Assembly (NCBI RefSeq): GCF_006345805.1
Contig: NC_043007.1
Span: 69,874,001 to 69,938,000 of the forward strand
Origin: Octopus sinensis
Taxonomy: Eukaryota
Direction: 5' to 3'
Length of the DNA stretch: 64,000 nucleotides
Positions 54,072 to 64,000 of this stretch are shown piece after piece (the stretch's first letter is position 1; each line of letters opens with the position of its first letter). The notes under the pieces are model-generated. The model did no database searches. It was not told where the DNA came from and worked only from the letters and a program-made list of their open reading frames with translations. Both the position numbers and the translations under genes were made by a program.

Positions 54072-54224
54072 AAAAAAAAACGCTATGAAATAAACTATTG
54101 GAAAAAGAGAAATTACTCCAATAGGCCTGGGGAAAGTAAAACTTCGTCTATAGAATCTTCATATGCACACATGTATACATATACATAGACGTACGTACAC
54201 ACACACACACACACATACACATGT

Positions 54225-54393
54225 GTCACTAGCCACTATACATTCATTATTTTCTCTCCTTGTTACTTTCTGTTTTCTTTTCTATGGAAGAGCGTAGGCT
54301 CGAAACGTTAAAGACCTTTTCACTTCTCGAGCGTTATACTAATACATCTGTTGTCTACACCACCTGTCTTTGTCTTTTTTTGTGAATTCCACC

Positions 54394-54397
<4 letters not shown>
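54225..54397 (+). mobile_element. Short repeat with a decayed minimal hammerhead-like motif (54277-54314)
   Basis: Homologous to 60252-60520 and 62541-62753; CTATGGA-A-GAGCGTAGGCTC-GAAACGTT-AAAGA. Confidence 0.7.
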
Positions 54398-54430
<33 letters not shown>

Positions 54431-54931
54431 CTCACGGAAACTCTCCCACAAGAAATGTTATCTATAGCGTAGCTGTAACTACGAACAATACAACACCAAC
54501 AACATCCACATGAAAAGAGCCTGCAGTAAACATGTTCAAGACACGATACAACCAACAGACAATACTTTTCGCAACAGGAAAAAACTAACAAGTCACTGTC
54601 AAAGCATATTTAGACGCTAAAGTCAAGTAATACTCCATTTAGCATTAACAGGAAAATATTGTCACACACACAACCATACCAAGGAAACAATAAACCATGC
54701 TAATTATGAACCGATGAATCCTACGATTGTCTCATATTTAAGAACTAAATACTGAATCGGAACTCAGAATTAGTAATTTCTTGCAAACAAGTTTGAAATC
54801 GCTAAAAAGTTTCAAGCCAAAAGTTTTTTCAAACGCATGAACATGACAATATCTCACTCATTTTCCCCGCCCCAGCACGGACAATGATATAATTGTGTGC
54901 GTTTGTGTGTAGATGTATATAGTGAGTGAGT

Positions 54932-54965
<34 letters not shown>

Positions 54966-55078
54966 GAGAGAGAGGGTGGGGTAAGAGATGTGAAGAAACG
55001 GAAGAAAATGGCATTCAGAGTTCTAAATATTTAATTACCAGTTGACTCAATTCTATATTCAAAGTCTCGCTGACGCAG

Positions 55079-55109
<31 letters not shown>

Positions 55110-55706
55110 TGTATGTATGTATGTATGTATGTATGTATGTATGTATGTATGTTATGTATGCATGTGTGTATATATGTATGTATGCATATACGTGTATATG
55201 TATGTATGCATGCATGTACGTATGCATGCATGCATGCATGAATGTTTGTATATATGTATCCTTGCATGCATGTGTGTATCCATGTATGTACGTATGCATG
55301 CATGTATGTAAGTATGCACGTATGCATGCATGCACGCATGCATGCACGCATGTATGCATGTATGTGTGTATGTATGTATGGCGTAGTTTTCCTGAAAATT
55401 TTGAGAACGTTGGTTATTTCTTATCCTAATATTCTTTAAGTCTTTTCATGTAGTCTATCAAGGGATCTTCACAAGCATTTCTGTAGAACTGGTATAGGCC
55501 TTGGTTCACTTCTAAAGTTCACTAGAATTTTTCTCGATAATTTCATGATCTGCAATAGCTGACTTCGATTTCTTTTGTCACCATGGTGTAAGCAGAATAC
55601 TTTTCTACGCAGTATGTATCTCACAGTTTGATTGCTGCAATGAGTGTAATTCTTTACATTTACTTAAAGAAGATAACCATATCTATGTATGCATGTATGT
55701 ACGTAC

Positions 55707-55737
<31 letters not shown>

Positions 55738-56583
55738 TGTATGTATGTATGTATGTATGTACGTATGTACGTATGTATATATGTACGTATGTACGTATGT
55801 ATGTATGTATGTATGTATGTATGTATGTATGTATGTATGTATGCACGCACGCACACACACACACACACACACGTACACACACGTACACACGCACACACAC
55901 AATCAAGCATAAAATCGCTGATTTTATATTTTTGTTGTTTAGAAATGGATAAATTCCTCATCACTGTCTTCTGAAGCCTTTGGAAAAGAAGAAATGTAAT
56001 TTACTTGTTAAAGATATTCTATCGTCTCTTAAATGATTTCGTTTTCAATTTAAATATCAAGAGTATGGAAGCATAGAAGGTACGTACATTTTCAGGATCC
56101 AACCGGAACTCCACTATATTTCCTCAATTTGCAACTGCGACTCACATTAAAAAAAACTAAACAAAAAACAAAAAAAAACAACAACACTGGAATTGAAATG
56201 GATCCAACGAAAATCGAACCAATATTGTTACTGAAAGCTTATCACCATTTTGCAACTCTTACCTTTAAATAGTTATTCCTGATAGGTGTTCTATAATGAT
56301 CATCACTTAAAAAAGTAACAAAATGTGATTTGTGTGTTCTTGTTGGCATTAATGGAAATAGAGAATGCAAGAAAGTGCAATTTTTTTCACTACAACATGT
56401 GTATATTCATAATAGATCGAATTGGAATCCAGTCAATTTAAGTGATATTTTGAGAGAAAACTGATTTATCGTTTCAAAATCCATTTCTTGCATGCTTCTA
56501 CTGGACATGTCTTTCCCTAAAATATTGTATTATTAAAAGATATCTTTTATGTACATACATCACACAAATATCACACATTTTTA

Positions 56584-57225
56584 GACTCCGCCGGTTACGA
56601 CGACGAGGGTCCCAGCTGATACGATCAGCGGAACCCTTGCTCGTGAAATTACGTGCAAATGGCTGAGCATTCCACAGACACGTGTACCCTTAACGTTTTC
56701 TCTCGGGATAATCAGCGTGACACAGAGAGTGACAAGGCTGACCCTTTGAAATACAAGTACAACTCATTTTTGCGCTGAGTGGACTGGAGCAACGTGAAAT
56801 AAAGTGTCTTGCTCAAGGACACAACGCGTCGCCGGAATCGAACTCACAACCTTACGATCATGAGCCGAATGCCCTAACCACTAAGCCACGCGCCCTCACT
56901 TCAAAAGACTCCGCCGGTTACGACGACGAGGGTCCCAGCTGATACGATCAACGGACAACTTGCTCGTGAAATTAAGTGCAAATGGCTGAGCACTCCACAG
57001 ACACGTGTACCCTTAACGTAGTTCTCGGGGATAATCAGCGTGACACAGAGAGTGACAAGGCTGACCCTTTGAAATACAAGCACAACTCATTTTTGCCAGC
57101 TGAGTGGACTGGAGCATGACGTGAAATAAAGTGTCTTGCTTAAGGACACAACGCGTCGCCGGGAATCGAACTCACAACCTTACGATCATGAGCCGAATCC
57201 CTAACACCATAAGCAACACGCGCCA
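56584..57225 (-). mobile_element. Head-to-tail dimer of young SINE family C (56584-56896, 56907-57225)
   Basis: Two near-identical CpG-rich copies with tRNA-like heads. Confidence 0.9.
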
Positions 57226-57297
57226 CTAAATAACACTAATCACACATACACATAAATAACAACTGTATACATATAACCGTTATACAGAGGTATGTGT

Positions 57298-57668
57298 GGA
57301 GGCGCAATGGCCCAGTGGTTAGGGCAGCGGACTCGCGGTCGTAGGATCGCGGTTTCGATTCCCAGACCGGCGTGTGAGTGTTTATTGAGCGAAAACACTA
57401 AGCTCCACGAGGCTCCGGCAGGGATGGTGGGATCCCTGCTGTACTCTTTCACCACAACTTTCTCTCACTCTTACTTCCTGTTTCTGTTGTACCTGTATTT
57501 CAAAGGGCCGGTCTTGTCGCTCTCTGTGTCACGCTGAATATCCCCGAGAACTATGTTAAGGGTACACGTGTTTGTGGAGTGCTCGGCCACTTACACGTTA
57601 ATTTCATGAGCAGGCTGTTCCGTTGATCGGATCAACCGGAACCCTCGTCGTCGGAACCGACGGAGTGC
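57298..57668 (+). mobile_element. Chimeric SINE: family D head plus family C tail
   Basis: Head as 34577; from about 57487 TGTACCTGTATTTCAAAGGG onward it matches family C. Confidence 0.85.
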
Positions 57669-58477
57669 TTCCATCCATCCATACAGAGGTATATACTTAT
57701 AATATTCAGCCGAAAATCTATTTTCTATTCTGTTATATCTGACAGACAATTGGAAGCTTTGCCGAGAATGATGCTGATATATAACGCACTTTTTTTCTTC
57801 TCAATGAATGATGATTTTTAAGGAGATGAGATCGATAAGATAATGTATACCAAACGAGAAATGTTCATTATGCTTTGGACATAATTTTGAATGTGTATTT
57901 GTTATTTTTAGAAGGGAAATCAAATGAAAAGTATGCGATCGATACTGAGATGCATCGAAGACATAGTTTTGACTTTGTTATTAAAAATAATGTCTTAAAA
58001 ATCATGTCTTTCAAATAAAATGGTTAAAATAAAAAGACCCTCCATTCCGACAAAAAACATTAGACAAACTCTAGAACTCTGAATATAATTAAATATGTCG
58101 CCATTTTAATTTTTGAAAATAAATGATTGTTAAATATTAATGAACTGTCTGAGTAATTGCACAAAATTTGAACTTTAGTCCTAAATATATTTTCCCTAAA
58201 AGCAAGCCCAGTGTAAAATCAGAAGGCTTCGAAACATGGATAGTTGGCACATCCTCCGAAGATAGTTTCCTCCACAAAATGTTTACATAATAAGGAAAGA
58301 GTTTTAAAACTATTCGATTCGCCATCATAAATGTAATACATTTTCTTTTCATAATCCTCTATCAACTGCTGACTCTGTCAAATGCCAGACATCAATTAAT
58401 AGAAGACAAAGTTAGTCTTGACTTATTTTAAAAAGAACATTGTGATTCTGTGACATTTATGGAATTCTCAAGGATAT

Positions 58478-58882
58478 ATATTTCTTTATTGCCCACAAGG
58501 GGCTAAACATAAAGGGGACAAACAGACAGACAAAGGGATTAAGTCGATTACATCGACCCCAGTGCTTAACTGGTACTTTATTTATCGATCCCAAAAGATG
58601 AAAGGCAAAGTCGACCTCGGCAGAATTTGAACTCCAAACGTAACGGCAGACGAAATACCTATTTCTTTACTGCCCACAAGGAGCTACACACAGAGGGGAC
58701 AAACAAGGACAGACAAACGGATGAAGTCGATTATATCGACTCCAGCGCGTAACTGGTACTTATCTAATCGACCCCGAAAGGATGAAAGGCAAAGTTGACC
58801 TCGGCGGAATTTGAACTCAGAGCGTAGCGGCAGACGAAATACCGCTAAGCATTTCGCCCGGCGCGCTAACGTTTCTGCCAGT
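58478..58882 (-). mobile_element. SINE family B with a partial tandem second unit
   Basis: Same AAAGAAATA|GGTATTTCGTC junction (reverse complement near 58650-58670). Confidence 0.9.
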
Positions 58883-59176
58883 GAGAAGAGAAAAACTTCC
58901 AACTGAGAATCAGAACTGAACTTCCTTAAGCAGCTTTATTTTGTGGTGGATGCAGATACTCCCGATAATTATTTATTTCGTTGAAATCGGTATTCAATGA
59001 AAGCATACTTTGACTGAAAATTAATGGGGAAACAACTTCTTTCTTTGAATTAAAAAAATGACGTTTACTTGTAATATAAAAATATAAAGTAAATATAATA
59101 AAAGTGTCTAACGAATATTAATTTGCACATCCAACAGTTTGACAGAATTTCATTCTGGCACACGGTGGTAGGGTAT

Positions 59177-59224
59177 CTGTTGCTGATGAGGCGCAAACTT
59201 CGCTGAAATCACGGGATGCAACAG
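59177..59224 (+). ncRNA. Type I hammerhead ribozyme motif with G at the cleavage position
   Basis: CTGTTG-CTGATGA-GGCG(caaactt)CGCT-GAAA-TC(acgg)GA-T-G-CAACAG: all three stems form and the core is intact, but position 17 is G. Confidence 0.7.
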
Positions 59225-59411
59225 TTCCATTCGGCGGTGCTGACGAAATTTCACCTGCCAGTATAATCCGTGCCTTGTTTTATCACTTAATGTTTATTCG
59301 AGATGATATCTCAGTACGATTACTGCAGGTTATGGTGTTCAAAACAACATATCTAAGTCAAGTTGGATGTGCAAAGTTATATGTATGTGTGTGTGTATAT
59401 ATATATATATT

Positions 59412-60240
59412 ATATAATTAGGGCTTAGTAAAATAAATTACTTTGCCACATACTGAACTAGAAATAGCAGCCCAAAAAACTTTTTAGCCATTTCTACTAC
59501 TTAAAGAAAATTTCTCTCAGTATGTGGCAAAGTAATTTATTTTACTAAGCCCTAATTATATAATGTAATATTTTGAATTCGCCTTAAATGGTCCTTTTAC
59601 ATACTGAATACTTGGTGAAATTGATTAATAACTAATTAATTTTACCCTCAATTGTTGATATTATAATTCATTTCTCTCTGTCATATTGCCTCGGTTCTCA
59701 CCGTTAAAATATAGTGTTTGCTAGATAACCCACGTGGGTGGAAGGGGAGAGCAGGAATCTTCGCTTGTGCATTTTGAATTTGTTAGCACTGGCAGTCTGA
59801 ACGGGTTCATTTGAGGTGATAAGTCGCCGAAGGGTATGTTCTTTCTTTTCAGTGTTTCCAAATCCAAATTAAGAAATGTTGAGCTGACGAAAGAAATGCT
59901 GAGTTTATTTGGCTAATCTAGAAACGTTAACGTTCTCAAATGATCTTTGTACTTGTGATATTTTTCTGTTTTTACCTCCATACCTTCGTGAGTTATTTTG
60001 AGTAAACATTATCTGAGAGAAATTTTCTTTAAGTAGTAGAAATGGCTAAAAAGTTTTTTTTTTGGCTGCTATTTCTAGTAAGTTCAGTATGTGGCAAAGT
60101 AATTTATTTTACTAAGCCTTAATTATATAATGTAAATTTTGAATTCGCCTTAAATGGTCCTTTTACATACTGAATACTTGGTGAATTGATTAATTGACTT
60201 AATAACTAATATATATATTATATTTACCTATAATTGTTGA
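59412..60240. mobile_element. Element with combined inverted and direct terminal repeats (Penelope pLTR-like)
   Basis: 59412-59520 is inverted relative to 60013-60130; 59519-59640 is a direct repeat of 60086-60210; a related copy lies at 46490-46700; flanked by (TA)n. Confidence 0.65.
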
Positions 60241-60251
60241 TATATATATAT

Positions 60252-60520
60252 AACGGGAAGCTTTATGAAAATAAACAAAAGACGAAGGCAGGTGGAAAAC
60301 AAACGAACAATTGTATTAGTATGGCGCTCAGGAAATATAAATAAAACAAGTCTTTAACGTTTCGAGCCTACGCTCTTCAACAGAAAGATACACAGAGAGA
60401 GAAAAACACAGAAAGAAGGAGAGAAAAAAATGCGTGCAGTAGCTAACGAATCAACATGGCGATCTGATTTCGGCCAGAGGTCAAAGATCAAACATGAGAC
60501 GCGAGAGCGAAATAAGGGGA
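60252..60520 (-). mobile_element. Short repeat with a minimal hammerhead-like motif (60351-60388)
   Basis: Minus strand TCTTT-CTGTTGA-A-GAGC(gtag)GCTC-GAAACGTT-AAAGA. Confidence 0.75.
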
Positions 60521-60924
60521 GATAATAGGGTTGATAAAAGGGTTGAGGGACCAGCTAAAAGTGCGTGGGAGGGGTCTGGATGTGTGTATGTATAGGGTTG
60601 GTGTATGTATTAGTATGTATAAGGGTGTGTGTGTGTGTGTGTGTGTGTATGAGAGAGTATTAGTGCGTAGGATTGGTCTGGACGTGCGTATGTATGGGGT
60701 TGGTGTATGTATTAGTATGTATTAGTACATATTGGTATGTATATAGGTGTGGTGTGTGTGGAGAGAGTATAAGTGCGTATGCGGGGTCTGGACGTGTGTA
60801 TGTAAGGGTTGGTGTAAGTATTAGTATGTACTAGTATGTATTAGTACGTATTAGTATGTATTAGTTGGTGTGTGTATAGTATGGCACATCATATGTGATG
60901 TGATGTGTAAAGTCATGTGGTGTA

Positions 60925-61180
60925 GTGAGGAGAAGAGGGGGAGGGGGAGAAGAGGGGGGAGAGAAGGGGAGGGGAGAGAGGGGAGGAGAAGGGGGAAGAG
61001 GAGAGGATGGGGGAGAAGGAAGGGGAGAGAGGGAGCAGAGGGAAGGGGAAGAGGGAGGGAGAAAGAGGGAAGAAGGGAAGGGGAGTAGGAGTGAAAGGAT
61101 GAAGGACTGAAGAAGTAGGGGTCGGGGGGAGAAAGGATAGGTGAGGAGGGGGAGGGGGGTTAGATGAGGAGGGGGGGAGA
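60925..61180. repeat. G/A-rich polypurine tract
   Basis: Direct reading; many G3+ runs. Confidence 0.9.
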
Positions 61181-61252
61181 GTTGAGACCAAATGGCATAT
61201 AAGAGCGAAGATATATATATATATATATATATATGTATATGTATGTATGTAT

Positions 61253-61830
61253 TTTATTCTTTTACTTGTTTCTGTCATTTGACTGCGGCCATGCAGGGGC
61301 ACCACATTTAGTCGAGCAAATCTACCCCAGAACTTATTGTAAGTCTAGTACTTATTCTATCGGTCTATCTTGCTGAACCGCGAAATAAACCGATACACAC
61401 ACACACACACACACACACAGACACACACACCCACACACACACACACACATACATCGGGACTGAACCCGGAACCATGTGGTTGGTAAGCAAGCTACTTAGC
61501 ACACAGCCACTCCTGCGCCTCTCTATATATTTCAATATAAGCTTTCATACTTATAGGAATTTAAAAAAAATTCAAAAGTAGAGTATGGAGAAAAGAAATT
61601 TGAAATCTAAGAAAAAAATTCCAATTAATGGACGAACATACATTTATCCGATAAGATATATATATACATACGACCGGCTTCTTTCAGTTTCCGTCTACCA
61701 AATCCTTTCACAAGGCTTTGGTCGACCCTTGCCGTTGATAGTAGAAGACACTTGTCCAAGGTGCTACACAGTGGGATTGAACCCGGAACCATGTGGTTGG
61801 GAAACAAGCTTCTTACTACACAGCCATTCC
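61253..61830 (-). mobile_element. Two partial SINE family A copies (61253-61520, 61670-61830)
   Basis: Identity to family A segments. Confidence 0.85.
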
Positions 61831-61831
61831 C

Positions 61832-61864
<33 letters not shown>

Positions 61865-62469
61865 TGTATGTATGTATGTGTGTTTGTATAATTATTAACA
61901 TGGAGAGTAGAGTGAGCAAATTGTTTTATTACATGAATTTACAATCGTTTCACCAACATTTGAGCTGAAGAGTATTGTTCCATTATTATAAAATATATGC
62001 AACTGACGACTCAAAGTGTATCATTATATCGATGCAATCGTAAATCAGCTCATCAGAATGCTATATAAAATATATTTGCTACAGATATATATTATCACGA
62101 ATTTATACCCATAGCCAGTAGGTTTGTTAATATATCACAAGTAAAACCAAGAACGAAAAAACAACAACAAAATGATAAATGCAGAGTAAAAGGCTTTCCT
62201 TGTTATATATTAATTCTACGCATATTATGGAATTTTGAAGAAATAATCTGTAAAGGCACGATCTCTGATTTATAATCATATCCAATAGCATGAACTCTTT
62301 GAAGAGCTTAAAACAGTAAACTTCAGGGTAACACCTGAATGAAATTGCTATTACACGCGCGCGCGCGCACACACTCAAATATATGTAGTATGTATGTATG
62401 TATGTATGTATGTATGTATGTATGTATGTATGTATGTATGTATGTATCTGACTGTCTGTCTATCTATCC

Positions 62470-62539
<70 letters not shown>

Positions 62540-62540
62540 T

Positions 62541-62871
<331 letters not shown>

Positions 62872-62904
62872 CATATATATGTATGTATGTATGTATATAT
62901 ATAT

Positions 62905-62962
<58 letters not shown>

Positions 62963-63515
62963 GTGCGCGTGTATGTATGTGTGGATGTGTGCGCGCGCTT
63001 GTATATGCATATATGTTTGAAGTTTTTCTTGAATTAAGAATTATTGATTATAAAAAAATCTTTGCAAAACAGAATGATACGAACTGTTAGAAAGAAAGGT
63101 GAGTGTCTTCGTTGTTCACAGTGTTTTAGACACGTTTTATGTGGTAATCCGTATAACAGTCGCTCCCTCTATGCGGATCACTCCATGACAGTGAATTTGA
63201 AAAGCTATGAACAATGAAAGCGTTTAACGCAATACAAAAATCTCCTTCCTAGAGATTCGTGTCATTCTGGTTTTTATTTTTAAAAGATGATTTTTATCTA
63301 ATTAATAATTTTTAAGTTAAGAAAATCTTTTTTCAAATATTGTGACCGCACCAAGAATGTTTTGCAAAAAACTGTATGTTTGCATACAGAGAGAGAGAGG
63401 GAGAGAGAGACGGAGGGAAGAAAAGAAAGTGGGAAGAAGGAGAGAGAGAGAGACGGAAGGAGGAAAAGAGAGTAGGAAGAAGGAGAGAGAGAGACGGAGG
63501 AAGGGAAAGAGAGTG

Positions 63516-63567
<52 letters not shown>

Positions 63568-64000
63568 TCTATGGTTTTATTTGAGGATGTAGCTTGTTTA
63601 TCTGATTTGATCGTTAATGGCTGCTTTTTGATGGCATCAAGTTTCTGGCTCTTTTATCATTGGTCACGTTCTTAGCCATACATTGAAGACTTATTTTTTT
63701 ACGAAATGAATCTTTACTTTCTCTTGGGGAGGCGTTATTGTTGGATAGACTTGTGTAGGATATTACATGTTCTAATCTTGTTGAAATTCGAATGAAATGC
63801 AGAAACGTCTAGTTGCATTTAAAATTTCTAAAATGAACCATCGATAAAATCGACTAGAATCGACCACAAGCATCATATTTCTATTTCACAGCCAAATATA
63901 CCATTTTCGTTGCGGTATCAACAGAATTTTCCAACTTCTTCAGCTTTTAAAATGTAGAGTACGTATTTTAGGTTGTCACGAATATGAGATGATTACGGAC

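Overview
AT-rich, microsatellite- and retroposon-dense animal genomic DNA. The SINE repertoire and repeat style suggest an octopus (coleoid cephalopod); this is inferred, not tested. One complete protein-coding gene can be reconstructed by hand and is absent from the ORF track as a spliced gene: COA8/APOPT1 (cytochrome c oxidase assembly factor 8), + strand, 4 exons (22662-22751, 32733-32945, 35173-35324, 37369-37459), about 181 aa, all introns GT-AG and phase-consistent. A weaker candidate minus-strand spliced transcript may run from a shared promoter near 22.5 kb off the left edge. The rest is four tRNA-headed SINE families with exchanged modules, a (GAT)n-tailed retroposon family, decayed RTE, other LINE and RLE-type retrotransposons, a DD37D (maT) transposon, mariner, hAT, piggyBac and pogo MITEs, and Helitron remnants. 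The most unusual signal is a set of short elements, usually sitting in microsatellites, that carry hammerhead-ribozyme motifs and fold-back (inverted) ends typical of Penelope-like elements. These include a family with a non-canonical CUG-U-Y-GA core and an element joining a tRNA-like Pol III head to a decayed hammerhead. Almost all ORFs in the supplied track are microsatellite or SINE artefacts. Repeat coordinates are approximate (about +/-10 bp unless TSDs or TIRs are quoted).
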